Shown: positions 46,190-58,464 of the stretch, one piece after another
Layout: each line of letters opens with the position of its first letter
How positions within the stretch are numbered: the first letter of the stretch is position 1
Origin: Centroscyllium fabricii
Taxonomy: Eukaryota
Assembly (NCBI GenBank): GCA_051313645.2
Contig: JBNRSN020000014.1
Location: forward strand, 32,426,001-32,490,000
Direction of reading: 5' to 3'
DNA length: 64,000 nucleotides
Notes under the pieces: generated by a model
Told to the model about the DNA's origin: nothing
The model's input: the letters and a program-made list of their open reading frames with translations, nothing else
Database searches by the model: none
Position numbers and translations under genes: made by a program

Positions 46190-48840
46190 AACAAGGGCGA
46201 GAGGGAGGGAGAGAGGGAGGGAGGAGGAGAGATGGGGNNNNNNNNNNNNNNNNNNNNNNNNNNNNNNNNNNNNNNNNNNNNNNNNNNNNNNNNNNNNNNN
46301 NNNNNNNNNNNNNNNNNNNNNNNNNNNNNNNNNNNNNNNNNNNNNNNNNNNNNNNNNNNNNNNNNNNNNNNNNNNNNNNNNNNNNNNNNNNNNNNNNNNN
46401 NNNNNNNNNNNNNNNNNNNNNNNNNNNNNNNNNNNNNNNNNNNNNNNNNNNNNNNNNNNNNNNNNNNNNNNNNNNNNNNNNNNNNNNNNNNNNNNNNNNN
46501 NNNNNNNNNNNNNNNNNNNNNNNNNNNNNNNNNNNNNNNNNNNNNNNNNNNNNNNNNNNNNNNNNNNNNNNNNNNNNNNNNNNNNNNNNNNNNNNNNNNN
46601 NNNNNNNNNNNNNNNNNNNNNNNNNNNNNNNNNNNNNNNNNNNNNNNNNNNNNNNNNNNNNNNNNNNNNNNNNNNNNGGAAATGGAGTGGGGAAGGGAAG
46701 GAGGGGGGAGAGAGGGAGCAGAGAGAGAGAGGGAGGGAGGAGAGAGAGGAGAGGGGAGAGAGAGAGGAGAGGGGAGAGAGAGAGGAGAGGGGAGAGAGAG
46801 AGGAGAGGGGAGAGAGAGAGGAGAGGGGAGAGAGAGAGGAGAGGGGAGAGAGAGAGGAGAGGGGAGAGAGAGAGGAGAGAGAGATGGGGAGAGGGGAGGA
46901 AGGGGAGGAAGGGGAGCGGGGAGGAAGGGGAGAGGGGAGGAAGGGGAGAGGGGAGGAAGGGGAGAGAGAGAGGAGAGGGGAGGAAGGGGAGAGAGGGGCG
47001 GAAGGGGAGAGGGGAGGAAGAGGAGAGGGGAGGAAGGGGAGAGAGAGAGGAAGGGGAGAGGGGAGGAAGGGGANNNNNNNNNNNNNNNNNNNNNNNNNNN
47101 NNNNNNNNNNNNNNNNNNNNNNNNNNNNNNNNNNNNNNNNNNNNNNNNNNNNNNNNNNNNNNNNNNNNNNNNNNNNNNNNNNNNNNNNNNNNNNNNNNNN
47201 NNNNNNNNNNNNNNNNNNNNNNNNNNNNNNNNNNNNNNNNNNNNNNNNNNNNNNNNNNNNNNNNNNNNNNNNNNNNNNNNNNNNNNNNNNNNNNNNNNNN
47301 NNNNNNNNNNNNNNNNNNNNNNNNNNNNNNNNNNNNNNNNNNNNNNNNNNNNNNNNNNNNNNNNNNNNNNNNNNNNNNNNNNNNNNNNNNNNNNNNNNNN
47401 NNNNNNNNNNNNNNNNNNNNNNNNNNNNNNNNNNNNNNGGAGGNNNNNNNNNNNNNNNNNNNNNNNNNNNNNNNNNNNNNNNNNNNNNNNNNNNNNNNNN
47501 NNNNNNNNNNNNNNNNNNNNNNNNNNNNNNNNNNNNNNNNNNNNNNNNNNNNNNNNNNNNNNNNNNNNNNNNNNNNNNNNNNNNNNNNNNNNNNNNNNNN
47601 NNNNNNNNNNNNNNNNNNNNNNNNNNNNNNNNNNNNNNNNNNNNNNNNNNNNNNNNNNNNNNNNNNNNNNNNNNNNNNNNNNNNNNNNNNNNNNNNNNNN
47701 NNNNNNNNNNNNNNNNNNNNNNNNNNNNNNNNNNNNNNNNNNNNNNNNNNNNNNNNNNNNNNNNNNNNNNNNNNNNNNNNNNNNNNNNNNNNNNNNNNNN
47801 NNNNNNNNNNNNNNNAGGGAGGAAGGGGAGAGGGAGGAGGNNNNNNNNNNNNNNNNNNNNNNNNNNNNNNNNNNNNNNNNNNNNNNNNNNNNNNNNNNNN
47901 NNNNNNNNNNNNNNNNNNNNNNNNNNNNNNNNNNNNNNNNNNNNNNNNNNNNNNNNNNNNNNNNNNNNNNNNNNNNNNNNNNNNNNNNNNNNNNNNNNNN
48001 NNNNNNNNNNNNNNNNNNNNNNNNNNNNNNNNNNNNNNNNNNNNNNNNNNNNNNNNNNNNNNNNNNNNNNNNNNNNNNNNNNNNNNNNNNNNNNNNNNNN
48101 NNNNNNNNNNNNNNNNNNNNNNNNNNNNNNNNNNNNNNNNNNNNNNNNNNNNNNNNNNNNNNNNNNNNNNNNNNNNNNNNNNNNNNNNNNNNNNNNNNNN
48201 NNNNNNNNNNNNNNNNNNNNNNNNNNNNNNNNNNNNNNNNNNNNNNNNNNNNNNNNNNNNNNNNNNNNNNNNNNNNNNNNNNNNNNNNNNNNNNNNNNNN
48301 NNNNNNNNNNNNNNNNNNNNNNNNNNNNNNNNNNNNNNNNNNNNNNNNNNNNNNNNNNNNNNNNNNNNNNNNNNNNNNNNNNNNNNNNNNNNNNNNNNNN
48401 NNNNNNNNNNNNNNNNNNNNNNNNNNNNNNNNNNNNNNNNNNNNNNNNNNNNNNNNNNNNNNNNNNNNNNNNNNNNNNNNNNNNNNNNNNNNNNNNNNNN
48501 NNNNNNNNNNNNNNNNNNNNNNNNNNNNNNNNNNNNNGAAGGGGAGGGAGGAAGGGGAGGGAGGAAGGGGAGGGAGGAAGGGGAGGGAGGATGGGGAGAG
48601 GGGAAGGGGAGAGGGGAAGGGGAGAGGGGAAGGGGAGAGGGGAAGGGGAGAGGGGAGGGAGGAAGNNNNNNNNNNNNNNNNNNNNNNNNNNNNNNNNNNN
48701 NNNNNNNNNNNNNNNNNNNNNNNNNNNNNNNNNNNNNNNNNNNNNNNNNNNNNNNNNNNNNNNNNNNNNNNNNNNNNNNNNNNNNNNNNNNNNNNNNNNN
48801 NNNNNNNNNNNNNNNNNNNGCGGGAGGAGAGAGAGGGAGA
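46190..48840. repeat. GA-rich polypurine tandem repeat, mostly N
   Basis: 18-bp GGAGAGGGGAGAGAGAGA units at about 46740-46880 and GGAAGGGGAGAG variants between N runs. Confidence 0.9.
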
Positions 48841-49116
48841 AACACAGAAGACAGGAGCAGGAGTAGGCCATTTGGCCCTTCGAGCCTGCTCCGCCATTTT
48901 GATGAGATCATGGCCTGATCAGTGGATGTGGTATACATGGATTTCAGTATTGTAGCAGCACGTGCAGCCGGGTCGCACTCGCTCAGCAACCAAGCTGAAA
49001 GCATGACTGAGGGAGTAGGAGGGCCCTGTCCCCCACAATCGCTCTCAGGACAATCTCGTGAAGACCTTCTCTACCCCGCGATGCGTCCGCACCGCGTGAC
49101 CCAGCCTGCAACTTAC

Positions 49117-49262
49117 CTGGCATTGATTTCCAGAGTCGGCTGCAGGATCTGCGCCCGCTCCTCGCTGGACTTGGCGAGCTGCTGCGTGCGCAGGAAGTGC
49201 CGAGCCGCACCCATCTCCAGCACGGTGACCATGGCGGGGTGAGTGTCCAACCGCGGAGTCAG
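49117..49262 (-). CDS. TRAP1: TRAP1 coding exon (146 nt)
   Basis: [48 protein letters not shown]; CAG acceptor, GTAAGT donor. Confidence 0.96.
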
Positions 49263-49624
49263 CTGATGCAACACAGGGGGAAAAACAAATCTGAATTTGT
49301 TTGGGGTCACAATCTAACACGAAATCTAACACGAGACAAGGAACCGAGGCCTCATCTGAATGTTCATACTCTCATCGCACTAATTGAAGAGCTGGGGAGT
49401 TCTCCACGGAATCCCGACCAACATTCCTCCTTCAAACAGCATCACCAAAACAGATGATCTGGTCACTTATCCCATTAGAAATGCATAACAATCTAAAACA
49501 GCTAAGCTTTAATACAGGATATCAGCCCAATTGTTTTGCATTATTCCCAGTGCTATTTTTCTGTGGGATCTTGCTGGCTGATGTTCACAGGGAGCTTCTC
49601 CAGTGTGGTTATGCATAGGTATCA

Positions 49625-49868
49625 GCCTTGGCTTAGTGAGTAGTACTCTCACCTCAGAAGGTTGTTGATTCAAAACAAACTCCAGAGACCGGAGCACAAA
49701 ATCTAGGCCAACACTCCCAGTGCAGTGCTGAGGGAGTGCTGCACTGTTAGAGGTGCTGTCTTTCGGATGAGGCGTTAAACCGAGGCCCGCGTCTGCCCCC
49801 AGGTGGATGTAAAAGATCCCATGGGACCATTTCAAAGGTGTCCTGGCCAATATTTATCCCTGAACCAC
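49625..49868 (+). mobile_element. Deu-domain SINE 5' part
   Basis: tRNA-like head then GTGCTGAGGGAGTGCTGCACTGTTAGAGGTGCTGTCTTTCGGATGAG...GATCCCATGG. Confidence 0.8.
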
Positions 49869-49926
49869 GACAGAAAATACTGGAGAAACTCAGCAGGCCA
49901 GGCAGCATCCGTGGAGAGAGAAACAG

Positions 49927-49963
49927 AGTTAACGTTTCAGGTCTGTGGCCCTTCGTCAGAACT
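49927..49963 (-). ncRNA. Minimal type I hammerhead ribozyme motif in a Penelope terminal repeat (about 49870-50050)
   Basis: Minus strand AGUU-CUGACGA-AGG-GCCACAGA-CCU-GAAA-CG-UU-AACU; palindromic ACGU stem III. Confidence 0.6.
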
Positions 49964-50429
49964 GGAAAAAGTTGGAGATGTAACAGATTTTAAGCAGGTG
50001 CAGAGGCAGGGAAAGGGGGGAGGGGAGGAACGGAGGTGAGAGGGGAGAGATGGGGGAGTCCGCTTCTGATCACTATCCAGCAACCCCTGCTGACGTGCAG
50101 AAGTTGGATGAGGACAGGAGTGGGTTGGCTGGAACATGCCTCCATGGTTAAATAGCTCATCGACACTCGCCATCCAGGCTCAGATGAAGAATAGGCACTC
50201 GGTCGCGGTATCGGAAGGTGCTGCTGCTCAACAACGATGGCGTTAATACTTATACTGGTTCCTATTGCATATTTTAAGAGTTCAGACCTGGTCCCGGTGC
50301 TCACTGCCAAACTAGAGCTGTAAATCAAAGCTTGCTATTGCTGCAGGAAAAGTCTGCATCGTTAAACCCTCTCACAGGGCTTCCTTTCTGTTCTATCACA
50401 GTCACATTACAGTCGGAAGGGATACAGAT

Positions 50430-51400
50430 AGACAGCTGGAAACATTTGACACTAATCCACCAAGGTGTACAGAGAACAGAAGCTGTGAAGACATCAAAAG
50501 GATGGTTTGACTTGGTTCTGTTGCATTTGGAAGGTTAAGCAGGATGTGGAAGAACACAGATTTCAGTAAATGGGACACAGAGTTTATGAAGCGACCCATA
50601 TTATTACACAGATCGGAGTGTTGGAACAGGAGAAAAGTTGATGAGCAAAAGAAACAAACAGCAGAGATGAGTTGGTCGAGAGAAATACTGAGAGCGGCCA
50701 GGATGCCAAAAACATGGCTTGGACAAGAAACGACACTTCTACAGAAGATTCACAAACAACTGCAATGGTTTGAACATAGAAACAGGAGGAGGCCATTGTG
50801 CCCCTCGAGCCAGTTCCGCCATTCAATGAGATCGTGGCTGATCTGTTTCCTTACTTCATCCGGCCGCCTTGGCTCCATATCCCTTAACACCTTTGTCTAG
50901 CAAGAATTTTACCAATTTCAAATTTTAAATGATTAATTGAGCTAGCTCTACTGCGTCTTGTGGGAGAGTTCCACAGTTCCACCATCCTTTGCGTGAAAAA
51001 GTGTTTCCCAACTTCTCTCCTGAATGGCCTGGCTCTGGTTTGAAGGTTATGTCCCCTTGTCCTAGACTCCCTCACCAGCGGAATCAGTTTCTCTCTATCT
51101 ACCCTGTCAATTCCTTTCAAAATCCTAAAAACCTCCATCAAATCCCCCCATAACCTTCTATATTCCAGGGAATAGAGTTTATGTAATCTCTTTGGGGCAC
51201 GTTTGAAGAATGGAAACGATACGAATACCTTCCGTGCACACAGAGAGGCTGAGGAAGACCAGGGAAATGTTGGATGGACAATGTCAAGAGTGACCTGACA
51301 CAGAAAGGGATTCAGAGGATTGCGGCGACTTCAGACCAGACAACAGTGGAGTGAATCCACTTGGCCCCTTGTCGCTGCTGAGCTGACAGACGGGGATTGA
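50430..51400 (+). mobile_element. Degenerate RTE-like LINE 3' part, split by an antisense CR1 end (about 50773-51190)
   Basis: AFGRLSRMWK..ILLHRSECW..AEMSW..QWF; resumes as RPGKCWMDNVKSDL. Confidence 0.6.
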
Positions 51401-51418
51401 GTCATAGTTTTATTATAC

Positions 51419-51504
51419 CTTAATATTCGCCACTCGCTCTCCAAGTGCATTCTTCATCCACGCCACGAGCCCCTCAGCCTCCGACTCAGAGAGACGCTCA
51501 GTCG
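51419..51504 (-). CDS. TRAP1: TRAP1 coding exon (86 nt)
   Basis: (A)[28 protein letters not shown]; CAG/GT borders; phase 1 to 0. Confidence 0.93.
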
Positions 51505-51905
51505 CTGTGAAAGGAGAAGCAATCAGTGGAATCAGTCGCAGTGACAGTTACTGAGATACAATAATTAAAGAAATGTTCAAAGTTTCTGTACTTTTCTCCC
51601 TGGGTTGTTTTTTTTTTTTTTAAGTCACACCCATTCTCTTCATGTACCATTCACAACTGAGGCAGAGTCTGCCTACTCCTGGGGGTGGGGTGAGAGAAAG
51701 AGACACACACACATAGGCAAACAGAGTGAGTGTGAGTGACACACAGGCATACACAGAGCGAGAGAGAGACACACCAATAAAATGAGAGATTTGGTGATCC
51801 CTCCCCCAGGACAGTAATCACTGGTTGGCCTTCAGACAAGTGCCTAGTGCAGGTGTGAGCCAGTCTGAAGCTTCCAGGTCCGACCCCTCCTACAGGGCAC
51901 CGTAC

Positions 51906-52044
51906 CTGGCCTGCTGTCCTCGTACTTTTCCTCCTTGTAATGATCCACCACAATGTCAGTCTCCACAGAAATCAGCTTCTTCTTGTCAAACTCCCGCAGG
52001 TGTAGCAGAGTCAGCTCATCAAACTGGTCGTAGCAAAAGAGAAC
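51906..52044 (-). CDS. TRAP1: TRAP1 coding exon (139 nt)
   Basis: [46 protein letters not shown]; TAG/GT borders. Confidence 0.96.
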
Positions 52045-52597
52045 CTACCGGAAGCATACAGGGAGACCGGAGGGTTAGTTTAAAACCTGCCCGCGCAGAG
52101 CACAGGGTGAGATGGAAGTGGTGAGAGTCGGAAGACCAAATGAAGCTGGCTCCTCTGCCTGGCACTCTGTGAGGCAGTGAGCCACATAGGCTGGGGAAAT
52201 CCCACGGCCAATCCCTGGATTATGGGTGACGGGGGAAGAGAGGGCATGATTGGCCTAAACGCCTCAGGGCAAGGAAAATCGGGCAGGATCCACACTTCTG
52301 ACTGTTGTGTAGAAACCCTCACTTGCTGCATAGCTAAGAGAGGTCGCTGGGTGAGGACAGGGTACGAGGCGAGGCAGTAACAATGCGTCACTCTGCTGGA
52401 GGTGAGCACGGGTGTTCTGGTTGATTTATAACGTGGCCCATCAGTGCAGCTTAACAGTGCCGATGGAAAACTCATTTAATAAATCGATGGCAAGCAAGGA
52501 AATGTAACACAGATTCCCACCTTCGGACAGAGCAGGGGAGAACGGTAAAGTACCAGCTAGCAAACTGCTCGCTGGAAGCCCCCTCCCTCCTCCTCAC

Positions 52598-52783
52598 CTC
52601 CATTTCCTTTTTCTTCATGGCTTCGAAGTACGGTGAGTGTTGTGCTAGGTGGCGGTTCGGCGCACACAGGTAATAAATATTTCGGCTCCCCGCTTTCATG
52701 CGGCTGCCATACTCGGCTAGACTGGTCACCTGACCCGCCGGCAGTGCAGACGATTCGAACCTCAACAGTTTTCCGATATTCTC
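52598..52783 (-). CDS. TRAP1: TRAP1 coding exon (186 nt)
   Basis: [62 protein letters not shown]; TAG/GT borders. Confidence 0.96.
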
Positions 52784-53184
52784 CTAAACACAAACAACGC
52801 AGTCAGTTAAAAATAGCAGCCCAGCCTGAATCAGGACCAAAGGCGCCCTCGATGGCCCCTGGTCATTGCTTAATTCAGCAACTCCGATGGCAGAACCAGC
52901 TGGATTGCACGACACAGGACTGTGCCACGGAGGCCAGGAGACTCCAGGTGGAAACCCTAGTCTGTGTTCAGTTAGCCGACGTGATCTAGAGCAGCAGCTT
53001 GGGCTCTAGAATCAGTCTCAGTACCCGGAGCCGGGTTGGGTCCTGCTCCTGGTGTCTGTGCGGCGTCCAAGCGTGAACCTGGAGTACCAACAGGACCGGG
53101 CTCAGCTGTGAACATGCTCTTTAGAAGCAAGGGACCAGGGCGTCTGGAGACTCTGGACCCCCAGCAGTACTCCGTAAGACCAGG

Positions 53185-54670
53185 AGAACGTTACAGCACA
53201 GCAGAAGTCCATTCTGCCCATCGTGTCTGTGACAGCTCTTTGCTAGAGCAACCCAAAAGTACTCCGACCTCCCGACCTCTCTCCCCATACCCCTGTATCT
53301 TCCTCTGCTTCAAATATTTATTCAATTTTCCCTTAAAAGATGCGATGGTCTCTACCTCAATCACTCCCTGCAGCAAAGCATTCTGTGCTCCAACAACCCA
53401 CCGTGTAAAGAAATTCCCAACACCTCGCTTCATTCTCGCTGAAGTTTCAATTGTTCACTAACCAGACTTCACTTATTCACGCTATCAAAACTCTTCATGC
53501 TTTAAAAATCTCAAATGAACCTTCCCTTGGCCTTCTCTGCTCCAGTAGAAACAGTCCCAGTATCTCAAGTCTCTCCTCAGAACTAGAGTTTCCCGTCCCT
53601 GGCATCATCGTGGTGAATCTACGCTGTTCACTCTCCATGGATTTAATGCATTTTCTATAACTGGGTCCAAAACTGGCATCACCAATGTTTTGTACAAATT
53701 TATCATTTCATAGACCCTTACAGCACAGAAGGCGGCCATTTGGCCCATTGTGCCTGTGCCAGCTCTCTGAAAGAGCTAGCCAATTAGTTCTACTCCCCGC
53801 TCTTTCCCCATAGCCCTGCAAATTTCTCCATTTCAAGTATTTTTCCAATTCCCTTTTGAAAGTTATTTATTAATCTGCTCCCACTTCCCTTTCAGGCAGT
53901 GCATTCCAGATCACGACAACTTTCTCTTTACTCTCTCACTCTATACCACCAATTATAAAACTCAAAAGCCCTGTCAGAGAATGTTTCCACTTGTGGGGAA
54001 GAGCAAAATCAGAGGCCATCAATATAAGATAGTCACCAAGAAATCCAATTGGGAATTCAGAAGAAACTTCTTTTCCCAGAGAGTGGTGAGAATGTGGAAT
54101 TCGCTCCCACAGGGAGTGGTTGAAGCAAATAGTATCGAGGCATTTAAGGGAAGGCTGGACAAACGTATGAGAGAGAAGGGAATAGAGAGTTACGCTGATA
54201 GATTTAGAGGAGGAAAGACTGGAGGGGGCTCGAGTGGAGCATAAACGCCGGCATGGACAGATTGGGCCGAATGGCCTGTTTCTGTGCCGTAGATCCTCTG
54301 TAATCCTGTGTTCTGTATGTAAAAGAGAGTCATAGCGTTATACAGCACAGAAAGATGCCTTCGGCCCATCGCGTCCACGCTGGCCATCAAAGCCCTGTCT
54401 ATTCTAATCCCATTTTCCAGTATTTGGTCTGTAGCCTTGTATGCTGTGGCATTTCAAGCTCTTCCCCACAAGTGGAAACATTCTCTCTCTATCCACTCTG
54501 TCAAAACTTTTCATAATTTTAAAGACCTCTATTAGGTCACCCCTCAGCCTTCTTTTTTCAAAGAGAAAAGAGACACAAGCCTGTTCATCCTTTCCTGATA
54601 TATAGACCCTCGCATTTCTGGTATCATCCTTGTAAATATTCTCTGCACCCTCTCCAGTGCCTCTATATCA
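53185..54670. mobile_element. Cluster of CR1 3' fragments in both orientations
   Basis: NFFTRWVV.. (-), FPLVGKSKIRGH..NFFSQRVV (+), IEALERVQRIF (-). Confidence 0.75.
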
Positions 54671-54671
54671 T

Positions 54672-55063
54672 AGGAAACATAGAAACTAGGAGCAGGAGTA
54701 GGCCATTCGGCCCTTCGAGCCTGCTCCGCCATTCAATGAGATCATGGCTGATCATCCAAACCCAGCACCCCGTCCCTGCCCTCCCCCCATATCCCTCGAT
54801 CCCTATCGCGCCTGCACCGACACATATCCCACCCTATCCCCGTAACCCCACATATTCAATCCCCCTAACACGAAGGGTCAATTTATCCTGGCCAATCAAC
54901 CTAATCCGCACATCTTTGGACTGTGGGAGGAAACCAGAGCACCCGGAGGAAATCCACGCAGACACGGGGAGAATGTGCAAACTCCACACAGATAGTACCC
55001 GAGGCCGGATTTGAACCCGGGCCCCTAGTACTGTAAGGCAACAGTGCTAACCACTATGCCACC
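54672..55063 (-). mobile_element. Full-length V-SINE
   Basis: Head GGTGGCATAGTGGTTAGCAC, B box, V-domain and CR1 tail on minus. Confidence 0.9.
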
Positions 55064-55189
55064 ATACTCCTTTTTTTATGGCCTTGCTAATTTGTGGCGC
55101 AATGTTTAGTGATTTGTGTATTTGTACTCGAGATCCCTTTGTTCCTCTACCCCACCTAGACTCGCACCCTCCAAGCAGTAAGTGACCTC

Positions 55190-56562
55190 CCTGACATCGG
55201 TAGTGGGAAAAATGCTCGAGTCCATTATTAAAGATGTAATAGCAGTACACTTGAAAAACAGTGACGGGATTGGACAGAGTCAACATGGATTTACAAAAGG
55301 TAAATCGTGCTTGACTAATCTACTGGAATTTTTTGAGGATGTAACTGGTAAAATAGATAACGGAGAACCAGTAGACGTGGTGTATTTGGATTTTCAGAAG
55401 GCTTTCGATAAGGTCCCTCATAAGAGATTAGCATGCAAAATTAAGGCTCATGGGATTGGGGGCAAGGTATTGACATGGATAGAGAACTGGTTGGCAGATA
55501 GAAAACAGAGTTGGAATAAATGGGTCGTTTTCATAGTGGCAGGCAATGACTAGTGGGGTACCGCAAGGATCGGTCCTAGGACCCCAGCTATTCACAATAT
55601 ATATTAATGATCTGGACGAGGGAATTGGATGTAATATCTCCAAATTTGCAGATGACACAAAGCTGGGTGGGAGGGTATGCTGTGAGGAGGATGTCGAGAA
55701 ACTCCAATGCGATTTGGACAGGTTGAGGGATTGGACAGATACATGGCAAATGCACTATAATGTGGAAAAATGTGAGGTTATCTACTTTGGTGGCAAAAAC
55801 AGGAGGGCAGATTATTATTTGAATGGCAATAGATTGGGAGATGGGGAAGTGCAAAGAGACCTGGGTGTTCTTATGCACCAGTCACTGAAGGTAAGCATGC
55901 AGGTGCAACAGGCGGCAAATGGTATGTTGGCCTTCGTAGCAAGAGGGTTCGAATATAAGAACAAGGATGTCTTGCTGCAGCTCTACAGGACCTTGGTGAG
56001 ACCACGCCTCGGGTATTGTGTGCAGTTTTGGTCGCCTCATCTGAGGAAGGACGTTCTTGCCATTGAAGGAGTGCAGCGAAGATTCACCAGGCTGATACCT
56101 GGGATGGCAGGAACGACATATGGGGAGAGATTGAGTCGATTGGGCTTATACTCGCTGGAGTTCAGACGATTGAGGGGATCTCATCGAAACCTATAAAATT
56201 CTATCAGGCCTGGACAGACTGGAGGCAGGAATGATGTTCCCGATGGTCGGGGAGTCCAGAGCCAGGGGTCACAGTCTAAGGATAAGGGGAAAGCCATTTA
56301 GGACTGAGATGAGGGGGAATTTCTTCACCCAGAGAGTGGTGAACCTGTGGAATTCTCTACCACAGAGGGCGGTGGAGGCCGGTTCATTGAATATATTCAA
56401 GAAGGAGTTGGATATATTTCTTCAGGCTGAAGGGATCAAGGGATATGGGGAGAAGGCAGGGACAGGGTACTGAATCTGAAAGATCAGTCATGATCTAATT
56501 GAATGGCGGAGCAGGCTCGAAGGGCCGAATGGCCTACTCCTGCTCCTATCTTCTATGTTTCT
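55190..56562 (+). mobile_element. CR1 RT and 3' end, frameshifted
   Basis: ORFs 55182-55553, 55546-56196, 56231-56473. Confidence 0.92.
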
Positions 56563-56996
56563 CCCTATCAAAATGTAATACCTTCATCTACCTGCACTCA
56601 CACTTTCAGGGTATTATGTATTTGAGCCCCCAGGTCTCTCTGCTCACCCCCACCCTTCAGCATCTTTCCACCAAGTGTCTGCTTCCATCCTTTGTTTTTC
56701 CTCAGACTTAACCAGCTGTCTGCCCATCCCATGAACCTGTGTGTTTTCCTGGAGACTTTTACAGCCCTTCTCACGGTTTGACTAAAACCATAATTCCACG
56801 TGATTGGCAAATTTTGAGATTTCAGCCCCTGCAGCCAAGTCCAAATCACCTGTACAGACTCGAGGGGTCTGGGGAGGGAAGACTGAAAATTGCAGCAAAG
56901 TCAGAAAAAATACACATCCCTGCCCCGTATAGAACTAGATCAGGAATTCCAGTCATTCCCTCACTACCATTACATCGAGATCACACCCCAGCAGAC

Positions 56997-57144
56997 CTTC
57001 ACATCCTGCTCAGCTGTTGTCACAATCCCTTCACGCACGAACAATCCGTAATCCTCATAGAACTTGATGAACTTCTCGGGCTCTTTCTTTCCCTGGTCCA
57101 GGAAGAATTTGATCAGTCGTTGCTGCAGAACATCTCGCAGCTTC
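56997..57144 (-). CDS. TRAP1: TRAP1 coding exon (148 nt), most 5' exon in the window
   Basis: [49 protein letters not shown]; CAG/GT borders. Confidence 0.96.
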
Positions 57145-57147
57145 CTG

Positions 57148-58030
57148 CAGACAGGAGCACACACCTGTGAGTTATACAGACCCAGACAGGAGCACACGCC
57201 TGTGAGTTAAACAGACCCAGACAGGAGCACACGCCTGTGAGTTATACAGACGCACACGCCTGTGAGTTATACAGACCCAGACAGGAGTACGTGCCTGTGA
57301 GTTATACAGACCCAGACAGGAGCACACGCCTGTGAGTTATACAGACCCAGACAGGAGTACGTGCCTGTGAGTTAAACAGACCCAGACAGGAGCACACGCC
57401 TGTGAGTTATACAGACGCACATGCCTGTGAGTTATACAGACCCAGACAGGAGCACACGCCTGTGAGTTATACAGACCCAGACAGGAGTACGTGCCTGTGA
57501 GTTATACAGACCCAGACAGGAGCACACGCCTGTGAGTTATACAGACCCAGACAGGAGTACGTGCCTGTGAGTTAAACAGACCCAGACAGGAGCACACGCC
57601 TGTGAGTTATACAGACGCACATGCCTGTGAGTTATACAGACCCAGACAGGAGCACACGCCTGTGAGTTATACAGACCCAGACAGGAGCACGTGCCTGTGA
57701 GTTATACAGACCCAGACAGGAGCACACGCCTGTGAGTTAAACAGACCCAGACAGGAGCACACGCCTGTGAGTTATACAGACCCAGACAGGAGCATGTGCC
57801 TGTGAGTTAAACAGACCCAGACAGGAGCACACGCCTGTGAGTTATACAGACCCAGACAGGAGTACGTGCCTGTGAGTTAAACAGACCCAGACAGGAGCAC
57901 GTGCCTGTGAGTTATACAGACCCAGACAGGAGCATGTGCCCGTGACTTATACAGACCCAGACAGGAGTACGTGCCTGTGAGTTATACAGACCCAGACAGG
58001 AGCACATGCCCTGACTTATACTGACCCAGG
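57148..58030. repeat. 35-bp minisatellite abutting the TRAP1 acceptor
   Basis: Unit CCTGTGAGTTATACAGACCCAGACAGGAGCACACG, about 25 copies including three 25-bp deletion variants. Confidence 0.95.
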
Positions 58031-58464
58031 CACAATGGAGGCCCAGGAGGTTAACTGAGCTGCTGCCACTCGCCCGGGTACATGCACTGACCAGCTTATT
58101 ACAGTGCCGGGCAGTGAAGGAAAGTCCTCAGTCTGACCTCCAGCCTGTAATGAGTGAGCTGATCCCAGCAGGGGGCAGCAGTGAGGGCTCTACAACTATA
58201 CTGACTAACTGCTACTCACTCTTTACTGCTGGGGAGTGCATGGTGGGATATCAGGTGAGAACAGGGCGCGGTTACGCTGCAAGGGCCTTCTCTACCCTAT
58301 TTCTCCATTCACAACAAGAACAGTGACTTGGACATGGAGCTGGAAGAATGCCAGTACAGGGTATCTGTAGCACTGTCACAACCTGTATATAGAATAACAG
58401 ATACCCTGGAGTGAGTTACAGGCTGGAATCTAATGGATGGGTTCAGGAGTTTATATATATTTTT

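Noticed and set aside
45886-49004. Very long ORFs of 660-1003 aa
   Set aside because: Artefacts of N runs and stop-free GA/CT repeats; only the 73-nt TRAP1 exon inside is real.
57148-58030. CRISPR-like 35-bp repeat array
   Set aside because: Contiguous tandem units, no unique spacers, no cas genes, vertebrate intron.
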